A DNA stretch of 64,000 bases, taken from positions 2,144,001 to 2,208,000 of the forward strand of contig OZ245046.1 of the NCBI GenBank assembly GCA_965224245.1, read 5' to 3'. Positions 1 to 8,537 of this stretch are shown here, in pieces. Source of the stretch: Candidatus Eiseniibacteriota bacterium. Its GTDB lineage: Bacteria > Eisenbacteria > RBG-16-71-46 > CAZAMP01. The notes beneath the pieces were generated by a model. The model did not search any database. It was not told the origin of the DNA and saw only the letters and a program-made list of their open reading frames with translations. Within the stretch, counting starts at the first letter, position 1. Every line of letters starts with the position of its first letter. Made by a program: the position numbers and the translations under genes.

Positions 1-2
1 CG

Positions 3-1454
3 TACGACGGGATCGTGTTCATCAACTTCGAGCTGACGAACCTGAGCCGCACCCGCAACGTCTTCGACGTCTACGTGGGTCTCTACACCGAGCTGACCAG
101 CGGCAACAAGGACGCCGCCGATCGGTGGCCGCCGCCGGGCGCGTGGTACGGCACGAAGAACATCGCGTGGGTCGACTCGCTGCGCTATCTGGCCGAGCAG
201 CGCGCGCCGGGGCTGTCGGGCGACCCGTACGAGGTGTCCTCCTGGTGCGGCGCTCAGATGCTGGGCATCTCCACGTCGATCCCGGGGGACGACTCCACGA
301 TCGACGACAAGACGACCACGTTCGTGTGGTGGGAGTGGCAGGACGAGACCCCGGAGACCGATCGGGAGCGATACGAGGTCATGTCCTCGGGCGAGACCAC
401 GCCGACGCAGTTCGACGAGTTCAGCGATCTCGGCGCCGATCCGGTCTCCCTGACCTCGATCGGGCCGTTCTCCACGCTGTCCGCCAACGAGGCCGACACG
501 GTGCGCTTCTCGATCGCGTACATCGGCGGGCTGGACGCCGAGGACCTCAACGACCGAGCGAAGATCGCGCTCGACGCGTACCGCCAGGGCTTCCGCATCC
601 CGAAGCCGCCACCGGCCCCGGACTACCTCGTGGAGCCCGGACCGAACGAGATCACGATCCGCTGGGACGACACGGCCGAGCGCACGCCCGACCCGCAGAC
701 GGGCCTGATCGACTTCGAGGGCTACCGGCTCTATCTGGGCCGATCGTCCGAGTCGACCGCGCTGGATCTCCTGAAGGAGGTCGACGTCGTGGACGACTAC
801 ACGTACTCGCCCGACGCCACGCAGGAGGACATCCGCTTCAACACGGGGCTGGAGTCGGTCCTGTCCGACGATCCGATCATCGTCGTGGACGGCGAGGACA
901 CGCTGCGCTACGTGTACGAGTACGTGATCCGCGACCTCCGTGACGGGTTCAAGTACTGGACGTCGCTGACCGCGTTCGACAAGGGCACGCAGGAGATCGG
1001 TCCCCTGGAGAGCGGCCTGGCGCTGACCCAGCGCCTGTCGATACCGGGATCGAGCCCGGTGCCGGTCGACGACGGGTCGGGGCGCGTGTCGGTGTTTCCG
1101 AACCCGTACCGGGGATCGGCGGCCTGGGACGGCGAGCAGCTCCGCGATCGCTATCTCTGGTTCCGCAATCTGCCCCAGCGGGCGCGCATCCGGATCTACA
1201 CGCTGGGCGGGGATCTCGTGGATTCGTTCGACTTCGACGGCGACACCTACGACGCGCGGGACGTGCGCGGCATCTACGATCCGACCGACCCGCGGAACCC
1301 GGAGATCGATCTCCCCGTCATGTCCGGCGGCATGGCGGCCTGGGACCTGATCACGCGAGACGACCAGGCGATCGCCACCGGACTCTATCTGTTCAGCGTC
1401 GAGGACCTGGCGACCGGCCGCCGGGACCTCGGGAAGTTCCTGGTTCTGAAGTAG
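3..1454 (+). CDS. Exported protein, 5'-truncated; FN3-like domain plus T9SS-like C-terminal domain
   Basis: Frame is open to the window edge. FN3-like segment (EITIRWD...FEGYRLY...KYWTSLTAFD). C-terminus VFPNPY...IRIYTLGGDLV...AWDL...ATGLYLF...GKFLVLK. Confidence 0.75.
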   Translation, partial: YDGIVFINFELTNLSRTRNVFDVYVGLYTELTSGNKDAADRWPPPGAWYGTKNIAWVDSLRYLAEQRAPGLSGDPYEVSSWCGAQMLGISTSIPGDDSTIDDKTTTFVWWEWQDETPETDRERYEVMSSGETTPTQFDEFSDLGADPVSLTSIGPFSTLSANEADTVRFSIAYIGGLDAEDLNDRAKIALDAYRQGFRIPKPPPAPDYLVEPGPNEITIRWDDTAERTPDPQTGLIDFEGYRLYLGRSSESTALDLLKEVDVVDDYTYSPDATQEDIRFNTGLESVLSDDPIIVVDGEDTLRYVYEYVIRDLRDGFKYWTSLTAFDKGTQEIGPLESGLALTQRLSIPGSSPVPVDDGSGRVSVFPNPYRGSAAWDGEQLRDRYLWFRNLPQRARIRIYTLGGDLVDSFDFDGDTYDARDVRGIYDPTDPRNPEIDLPVMSGGMAAWDLITRDDQAIATGLYLFSVEDLATGRRDLGKFLVLK

Positions 1455-1465
1455 GGGTATCGCCG

Positions 1466-2986
1466 ATGGAGTCGAGTCGATCGATTGGAGCCATCGGGGC
1501 GCGCGCGGCTCTCGCGGCGGCCTCGGTGGTGCTGGTCGTGGCCGGCTGCGAGGCCCCCACCGGCTCCCGGGTCGGCAACCTGCCGCCCGAGACGTACCTG
1601 TTCATCAGTGACGCCGAGACCGACACCACGAGCTACGTCGTGGACCTCCACTGGTGGGGATCGGACCCCGACGGCGACGTGGTCGAGTATCAGTTCCGGA
1701 TCGACAGCCTGTGGACTCCCGATCCGACCGATACGTTGACCGCCGACGACCCGCCGTGGGTCCGCACGGTCCGCACCGAGCGGACGTTCACGCTGCCGGT
1801 CGAGGGCACCGGCCGGTCGGCGGTGGTGACGTTCCGCGCCGTCGACGACGCGGGCGCGATCGACCCGATGCCGGTCACCCAGACCTTCCACCTCCGGAAC
1901 CGAAAGCCGACGCTGGAGTTCGGCACAGACCTGGCTCGGCCCACCCGCTCGCTGCCCGCGGTCACGTTCTCGGTGGTCGCCGAGGACCCCGAGGGCGACG
2001 AGACGATCGTCGGCTACCGCGTGTGGTTCGACGGCGAGGACCGGGAGACGGACGCGCGCACGATCCCCGGGCCCGCGGTGGCCCAGATCGCGCTCGGTCC
2101 CGACGACTTCCCGAGCGCCGGCGCGCTGACGATCAACATCGTGGCCGTCGACGACTCGAACACCGAGAGTGACCGGGTGCTCCGGCACACGTGGGACGTC
2201 ATCGACACCGAGGCCAAGCGGGTCCTCATCGTCGATCAGTATCCCGCCGGTGGGCTGTTCGACGCGGACATCGCCGCGTTCTGGCGGAACGTCACCGAGG
2301 CGCGCCTGTCACCGGACGAGATCATCACGTTCGACTACACGGCCGACGGCGGCTTTCGCACGACGGCCGAGGTGGAGCTGAGCTTCTCGGCATTCGAGGC
2401 GGTCATCTGGTACTCGGGGCTCCAGCCGAACAACCTGACCCAGACGCTCCGGCGCATCCAGGAGCTCAGGCGGGCCAGCCAGGCGATGGAGCGATACACC
2501 GCCGGCGGCGGGAACGTGCTCCTGTCGAGCACGTTCGCGTTCGGAAATGCAGTGAACCCGACCGAGGGTGCGGCGTCGGCCGCCTGGGATTCCGCCGCCA
2601 CGTATCGCCTCTTGCGGATCACGCGCGAGTTCACGAACCCTCAGGGCAACACGAACTTCCTGTTGTTCCCGACGATCACGTTCGGCTTTCCGGCCGAGTG
2701 GGCACTCCCGACCACGCATCCGCAGGGACTGCTGAACTACGTGGACTTCCTGGCCGTCCCGACCCGCATGACCCGGCTCATGTGGGTGCCTCCGGGGTCT
2801 CTCAACGTGGGCTTCGACGATGACGGCAACTTCGTCCAGAACGAGGTCGACTACGACTGCGCGTTCCGGATCGACACCGAGGGCGGCGGCGCGTTCGTCA
2901 TCGCCACGCTGCCGCTGTCGCGGCTGAACCCGATCACCTCGGGCGAGACGTTCGTGAACCGGGCGTTCGATGCGTTCGGGCTCTGA
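1466..2986 (+). CDS. Lipoprotein of unknown function (Ig-like N-terminal region, alpha/beta C-terminal domain)
   Basis: Hydrophobic signal ending in lipobox VVAG-C; motifs NLPPETYL, WWGSDPDGDV, FRAVDDAGAID; 11 nt downstream of the previous stop. Confidence 0.7.
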   Translation: MESSRSIGAIGARAALAAASVVLVVAGCEAPTGSRVGNLPPETYLFISDAETDTTSYVVDLHWWGSDPDGDVVEYQFRIDSLWTPDPTDTLTADDPPWVRTVRTERTFTLPVEGTGRSAVVTFRAVDDAGAIDPMPVTQTFHLRNRKPTLEFGTDLARPTRSLPAVTFSVVAEDPEGDETIVGYRVWFDGEDRETDARTIPGPAVAQIALGPDDFPSAGALTINIVAVDDSNTESDRVLRHTWDVIDTEAKRVLIVDQYPAGGLFDADIAAFWRNVTEARLSPDEIITFDYTADGGFRTTAEVELSFSAFEAVIWYSGLQPNNLTQTLRRIQELRRASQAMERYTAGGGNVLLSSTFAFGNAVNPTEGAASAAWDSAATYRLLRITREFTNPQGNTNFLLFPTITFGFPAEWALPTTHPQGLLNYVDFLAVPTRMTRLMWVPPGSLNVGFDDDGNFVQNEVDYDCAFRIDTEGGGAFVIATLPLSRLNPITSGETFVNRAFDAFGL

Positions 2987-3065
2987 GGTCCGAGGCCGCC
3001 CCGCGGCCCGGCCGGGATCCCGGTCGCGCTGACCGGACGGACACCCGCGTCGAGCCCCGCATCTG

Positions 3066-3095
3066 TTGTCGGCTCCGAGGGCCATGTGATAGACT
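3066..3095 (+). promoter_or_regulatory. sigma70-type promoter with extended -10
   Basis: TTGTCG-N18-TAGACT with TGn before the -10 box, in intergenic DNA. Confidence 0.5.
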
Positions 3096-3253
3096 CTGCG
3101 CGCTCGAAACAGACGAGACGCGCGCCGCACCGACAACGCAACTTCGCCATTTACAGCCACTTGCGGCCGTCATCCAGAAACGGAAACAAGGGCGACGGAC
3201 GCCGCAGATCGCGTCGGCGGCCCCGGCACCGCATCCGATCGAAGGAGCCTCTC

Positions 3254-5185
3254 ATGCAGCGAGCCATCGGCTCTCTCGTGTGCGCCGGCGTGGCGTTGAC
3301 CGCGATGGTCGCCCCCGCCGTCGCCGACCTGACCATCTACGACATCCAGGGATACGGAGCTGTGACGCCGGGCAATCCCGTGGACGTCGACGGCGTCGTC
3401 GTCACGGGCATCTACGCGTTCGGGTTCATGGCGCAGGAGCCCGACGAGGATGCCGGGTCGTCGATGTTCGGCCGCACGTACGGCGGGATCTGGGTGTACA
3501 CCGGCGGCGCGCCGGACGTCGAGTTCGGCGATCTCGTGGACCTGGAAGGCGAGTACCAGGAGTTCTTCGACGAGTCCGAGATCGACGTGACGGTGGCCGG
3601 CAGCAGCGTGATGATCGTCGGAACCGCCCCGCAGCCGCCGTACCTTCCGGTCGTCATCACCGACATCAACGACGAGCTCGCCGGTGAGCCGTGGGAGGGC
3701 GTCCTGATCGAGACCACGCAGCCGAACATGGTCTCCACCGATACCCTCAACACCGGCTGCGGCAGCGCCTCCCCGACGCGCTGGGGCGTCTACCAGACCA
3801 GCGCGCCGACCGACTCGCTCTTCGTGCGAAACTCGGTCACCACGCACGAGATCCCGATCCCCGGATCGCCGATCTCGTACCTCCGTGGCCCGATGAGCTT
3901 CCACCGGTGCCTCCGGAAGGTCATTCCCCGGGACAACGACGACATCGGCTACATCGCCGCGCCCAACATCGTCTGGGCGTACTCGACCGGCAACACGTCG
4001 TGCGACATCGTGTTCAGCCGCGACGTCACCCAGGCCAGCGCCGAGGATGTGCTCAACTACTTCTTCGCCTCCGGGGTCGCGGTTCTCGCCGCCGAGCGCG
4101 ACGCGAGCGACTTCAGCGTCGTCCACCTGACGACGTCGACACAGTTCTACGGCATCCAGGACGAGCTGTTCGCGTTCGACATCCAGTCCGAGGGCGGGGC
4201 GGTCATGCCCGCCCCGCAGTCGTTCCAGTTCTTCACCGACGTCCTCGCGATCAGCGACGTCCAGTTCGTCGACGATCCGGTGCAGGGAGCCGACCAGTCC
4301 GAGTTCCTGAACGGCGTCGTCACCTGCGTGGGGGTGGCCACCTCGTCGACCATCGCGGCTCCGACCAGCGACTACTTCTTCGCCGACGCGGCCGGCGCCT
4401 GGAGCGGCATCGCGGTCGATCTGATCGGTGAAGAGGTCGAGATCGGCGACATGGTCATGGTCTCCGGCCGCATCACCGAGTCGTTCGGCCGGACGAACTT
4501 CCAGTACACGGGCTTCGGCCGCTCGGTGAACCTCGGCCCCGGCACGCCGATCGCGCCAACCGCTCTGGCCCCGGGCGACGTGCCGTACCAGGGCGTGCCC
4601 GACTCCGAGCCGTACGAGAGCGTGCTCGTGACCGTGCAGAATGCGGTGCTGGACACCGTTCCCGGCGGCTGGCCGTTCGGCGAGTACTTCATGATCGACA
4701 ACTCGCCGGCCCCCGGTGACTCCGCCATGCTCGACGTCTCCGAGTCGACCGTCTGCTCGGATTTCATGTACATGCCCGCCATCGGTGACGAGGGCGACTT
4801 CACCGGCGTCCTGAACTACTCGTTCTCGAACTACCGCCTCACGCCGCGCTGCGACGACGACATCGACGTGACGGCGGCCGCGGTGGGCATCGTGACCACG
4901 CCCACGGCGCTGGGGCTCGGGAACCACCCGAATCCGTTCAACCCCACCACGACGATCGCCTTCCGGCTCACCGACGCCACGCGAGTCGACCTCGAGGTGT
5001 ACGAGCCGTCGGGCCGCGTCGTCCGGACGCTCATGGCCGGCGTGGACCTCGACGCCGGCGAGCACGAGGTGGCCTGGGACGGAATGGACGACACTGGCCT
5101 GCCGGTGGCCAGCGGGACCTACTTCTACCGCGTGATCGCCGACGGCCGACAGGCGGCCACGCGGACGATGACGCTCCTGAAGTAG
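3254..5185 (+). CDS. Secreted protein with duplicated OB-fold-like modules, Ig-like domain and FlgD/T9SS-like C-terminal domain
   Basis: AAGGAG RBS before ATG 3254; signal peptide ending APAVA; two TIYDIQ/AISDVQ...GD.V...G...E...PRxxDDI modules; C-terminus NHPNPFNPTT...WDG...ASGTYFYR...MTLLK. Confidence 0.75.
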   Translation: MQRAIGSLVCAGVALTAMVAPAVADLTIYDIQGYGAVTPGNPVDVDGVVVTGIYAFGFMAQEPDEDAGSSMFGRTYGGIWVYTGGAPDVEFGDLVDLEGEYQEFFDESEIDVTVAGSSVMIVGTAPQPPYLPVVITDINDELAGEPWEGVLIETTQPNMVSTDTLNTGCGSASPTRWGVYQTSAPTDSLFVRNSVTTHEIPIPGSPISYLRGPMSFHRCLRKVIPRDNDDIGYIAAPNIVWAYSTGNTSCDIVFSRDVTQASAEDVLNYFFASGVAVLAAERDASDFSVVHLTTSTQFYGIQDELFAFDIQSEGGAVMPAPQSFQFFTDVLAISDVQFVDDPVQGADQSEFLNGVVTCVGVATSSTIAAPTSDYFFADAAGAWSGIAVDLIGEEVEIGDMVMVSGRITESFGRTNFQYTGFGRSVNLGPGTPIAPTALAPGDVPYQGVPDSEPYESVLVTVQNAVLDTVPGGWPFGEYFMIDNSPAPGDSAMLDVSESTVCSDFMYMPAIGDEGDFTGVLNYSFSNYRLTPRCDDDIDVTAAAVGIVTTPTALGLGNHPNPFNPTTTIAFRLTDATRVDLEVYEPSGRVVRTLMAGVDLDAGEHEVAWDGMDDTGLPVASGTYFYRVIADGRQAATRTMTLLK

Positions 5186-5302
5186 GCCCGCGACCGAGCG
5201 GCCCGAGCCGCCGCGATACCGAGCGTGTCCCCCGAGCCGGGGGGCACGCTCTTCTCGTGTCCGCCCCCCGGCCGTCTCTGGGGCCCGGCGTCGGCGGAGC
5301 CA

Positions 5303-5332
5303 TTGACGCGCCTCGTTTTCGAAACCTATTCT
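5303..5332 (+). promoter_or_regulatory. sigma70-type promoter for the S8 peptidase
   Basis: TTGACG-N18-TATTCT about 60 nt upstream of the ATG. Confidence 0.6.
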
Positions 5333-5393
5333 CTTCGTGTTTCGAATCCAAGCTGGGCTCCCACCCCGCCACCTCCCGAGAAGGAAGAACGCC

Positions 5394-8300
5394 ATGCGCG
5401 CGTCCCTGGTCGCGGTCACGGTGCTGATGCTGCTCGGCAGCACGACCGCCACCGCCGACGTCTTCACAGACTATCAGCGCCCCCGCTCCAACGACGTCAT
5501 CACGCCGCGCCTCGCCGAGCGCATCGCGAGCGCCCGTCGGCCCGGCGACGTCGAGCGCGTGTGGGTGTATTTTGTGGACAAGGGCATCGGCTCCGACGCC
5601 GAGCTCCGGGCCGCGCTCCCGGCCATCCGCGAGACGTTCTCCGGGGCTGCGCTGGAGCGAATCGACCGCCGCGGCGTCCCGCTCACGATCACGCACGCGC
5701 CGGTGCGCGAGGACTACGTGGCCGGGGTCGAGGCCACGGGCGCCGACGTCCAGCGCACGCTCACGTGGTTCAACGCGGTGGTCGCCGCGGCCACCGGGGC
5801 CGAGATCGATGCGATCGCGGCCCTGCCCTACGTGGCCGCGATCGACGTCGTCCGGGGCAGGACCGTCGTCCCCGACCCGGTCGATCTCCTGGGTCGGGCA
5901 CCCGGACGAACCGATCGGGTCCCGGAGACCGAGCGCGGGCAGGTGGCCAACTTCTACGGTCTGGCGTTCACGCAGTACGACAAGATCCAGGTGGACGAGG
6001 CGCACGCGGCCGGCTACACGGGCAAGGGCGTCCGGATCCTGATGCTCGACTCGGGCTTCGACAAGCGGCACCCCGTCTTCCACGACACCGAGCTGGTTGG
6101 CGAGCACGACTTCGTCCAGGACGACGACGTCACGTGGTCCGAGCCGGACGGCTCGCCGCCCGATCGCCGCTGCGACGACAGTCACGGCACGTCGACCTGG
6201 TCGCTGACCGGCGGCTACTACCCGGGGACGATGGTCGGCGTGGCCTTCGAGGCCGAGTTCGCCGTGGGCCGCACCGAGTACGCGCCGACCGAGACCCACG
6301 GTGAGGAGGACTTCTGGGCCGAGGCCGTGCAGTGGTCGTTCGACGAGGTGGGTGCGGACATCATCAGCTCGTCGCTCGGCTATCGCTACGACTTCGACAG
6401 CGGCGGGGACTACACCTTCGACGACCTCGACGGCAAGACGACCATCGTCGCCCAGGCCGCGAACGTCGCCACCCAGGGCGGCATCCTCGTGGTCAACTCC
6501 GCCGGCAACGAGGGTCGCCGGGGCGCGGGGTCGATCAACTCTCCCTCCGACTCCGACTCGGTGCTCGCGATCGGGGCCATCGACGCCCGGGCCGAGGAGG
6601 AGACGGAGTTCAGCTCCATCGGGCCCGTGGCGCCCGCGTGCGACGGATGTCCCTCACGCATCAAGCCCAACGTGATGGCGCCGGGCATAGAGGTGTACGG
6701 GGCCAACGCCGAGGACTGTGGCTTCTTCGAGGACGAGATCTACAACGGGTTCCTGGCCGGCACGTCGTTCTCGTGCCCGATCACCGCGGGCGCGGCCGCG
6801 CTGATCCTGGAGGCGCATCCGACCTGGACGCCTCATCAGATCCGGAACGCTTTCCAGGAGACCACCCGCGAGAGCCAGGAGGGCATCAACCCGTCCACGA
6901 CCAAGGGCTGGGGCGCGATCCGCGTACTCGATGCGATCGAGTACGACACGCCGAGCGCGCCGGCGCTCCCGATGCCGTTCGATCTGATCTCCCCCGAGCC
7001 GTTCGTGCTGACGGAGACGCCGGCCGCGGCGTCGACGCCGGCCTTCGAGTGGTACCGCTCGCTTCCGGGGCGCGATCCGCGGCAGTCGCAATACACGGTC
7101 GAGGTGGCCACCGACTTCGAGTTCACCGACGTGATCGCCACGATCGATGCGGACGTCGATACCACCGCCAGCGCGGCGGCGCCGATTCCCGAGGGCTTCT
7201 ACTACTGGCGCGTGAAGTCGGCCCCCTCGGCCGCGAGCAGCTTCGTCAGGGAGTCACGCCAGCGCACGCGGTTCCTGATCGACGTCGCGCCGGAGCCCTT
7301 CGCGCTGCTCACGCCGGCCGAGGGCGACACGGTCCGTACGACGCTCCGCCCCACGCTCACGTGGGAGGCCTCGAAGGATACGAGCCCCGGCGACACGCTT
7401 CGCTACGCGGTGACCTACGACACGTCGCCGACGTTCGACGCCCGTCCGAGGACCTTCGGCGGCATCACGAGCACGAGCTTCACGATCCCGGCCGGATCGG
7501 AGCTGGGTGAGAACCGCAAGCACTACTGGAAGGTGTCGGTGAAGGACCGCTTCGGCGCCGCGGCAGGCTCGTCCGTGCAGTCGTTCTTCGTCGCGCCGTT
7601 CCCGCCCGGCCCGTTCACGCTCACGACCCCGGCGGACGGCGACACGGTGTCGACGCTCCGCCCCACGCTCACGTGGACGGCCAGCGTCGATCCCTCGCCC
7701 ACGGACGTGGTTCGCTACCGCATCCTGATGGGATCCTCCCCGACCTCGATGACCGCGCTGCAGTCCAACACGATCCTCGAGACGTCCATCCGCGTTCCGC
7801 TGGATCGACTCGTGGACGACCGCGCCTACTACTGGACCGTCATCGCGGTGGACAGCTTCGGGAACGAGACGGCCGCCTCGGACACGTTCCTCGTCCGGAC
7901 GCTCCTCGGGCCCCAGCCGTTCGCCCTCACGACCCCCGAGGACGGCGCCATCGTGTACCGGAGTCGTCCCACGTTTCGCTGGGACGAGGCCCATCACGAG
8001 CGCGCCGGCGAGACCGTCACCTATCGACTCGAGGTGTCCGACACACCGACGTTCTCGACGCTTCTGGTCGACGTGCCCGACCTGGACACCCCGGTGACCG
8101 TCCTCCGGGAGGATCTGCCCGACGCCGGCACGTTCTACTGGCGCGTTCAGGCCCGCGACTCCGCCGATCGCGCCACGTGGAGCACCGACGTCTTCTCGTT
8201 CGAGAAGCACCCGGCACCCGACGCGTTCGTGGTCTCGTCCGGCCCGAATCCGTTCATTCCGGAGCGTCGGGCGTTCGCGATCACGTACGACGTGCCGGCC

Positions 8301-8519
8301 GAGCTCGGAGGCGCCGTCGTCGACGCCGCCATTCTCGACGTGTCCGGTCGCGTGATCCGCCGTCTCGACCGGACGAGCGCGGCGATCGGAAGCGACCGCG
8401 AGCTCCTCTGGGACGGTCGCGCCGACAACGGATCGCGCGTGCCCGCCGGCGTGTACTACGTGCGGCTGGCGGTGGGACCCCGGGAGACCATCGAGCGCGT
8501 GGTGCTGCTGGCGCGCTGA
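5394..8519 (+). CDS. S8 (subtilisin-like) serine peptidase with four FN3/Ig-like repeats and FlgD/T9SS-like C-terminal domain
   Basis: Signal peptide; triad ILMLDSG / HGTSTWS / GTSFSCP; oxyanion NSAGN; repeated PF.L..P...P...W...Y...YYW.V modules; GPNPF...WDG...VPAGVYYVR. Confidence 0.92.
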   Translation: MRASLVAVTVLMLLGSTTATADVFTDYQRPRSNDVITPRLAERIASARRPGDVERVWVYFVDKGIGSDAELRAALPAIRETFSGAALERIDRRGVPLTITHAPVREDYVAGVEATGADVQRTLTWFNAVVAAATGAEIDAIAALPYVAAIDVVRGRTVVPDPVDLLGRAPGRTDRVPETERGQVANFYGLAFTQYDKIQVDEAHAAGYTGKGVRILMLDSGFDKRHPVFHDTELVGEHDFVQDDDVTWSEPDGSPPDRRCDDSHGTSTWSLTGGYYPGTMVGVAFEAEFAVGRTEYAPTETHGEEDFWAEAVQWSFDEVGADIISSSLGYRYDFDSGGDYTFDDLDGKTTIVAQAANVATQGGILVVNSAGNEGRRGAGSINSPSDSDSVLAIGAIDARAEEETEFSSIGPVAPACDGCPSRIKPNVMAPGIEVYGANAEDCGFFEDEIYNGFLAGTSFSCPITAGAAALILEAHPTWTPHQIRNAFQETTRESQEGINPSTTKGWGAIRVLDAIEYDTPSAPALPMPFDLISPEPFVLTETPAAASTPAFEWYRSLPGRDPRQSQYTVEVATDFEFTDVIATIDADVDTTASAAAPIPEGFYYWRVKSAPSAASSFVRESRQRTRFLIDVAPEPFALLTPAEGDTVRTTLRPTLTWEASKDTSPGDTLRYAVTYDTSPTFDARPRTFGGITSTSFTIPAGSELGENRKHYWKVSVKDRFGAAAGSSVQSFFVAPFPPGPFTLTTPADGDTVSTLRPTLTWTASVDPSPTDVVRYRILMGSSPTSMTALQSNTILETSIRVPLDRLVDDRAYYWTVIAVDSFGNETAASDTFLVRTLLGPQPFALTTPEDGAIVYRSRPTFRWDEAHHERAGETVTYRLEVSDTPTFSTLLVDVPDLDTPVTVLREDLPDAGTFYWRVQARDSADRATWSTDVFSFEKHPAPDAFVVSSGPNPFIPERRAFAITYDVPAELGGAVVDAAILDVSGRVIRRLDRTSAAIGSDRELLWDGRADNGSRVPAGVYYVRLAVGPRETIERVVLLAR

Positions 8520-8537
8520 CGGATCGCCTCGCGGGCG

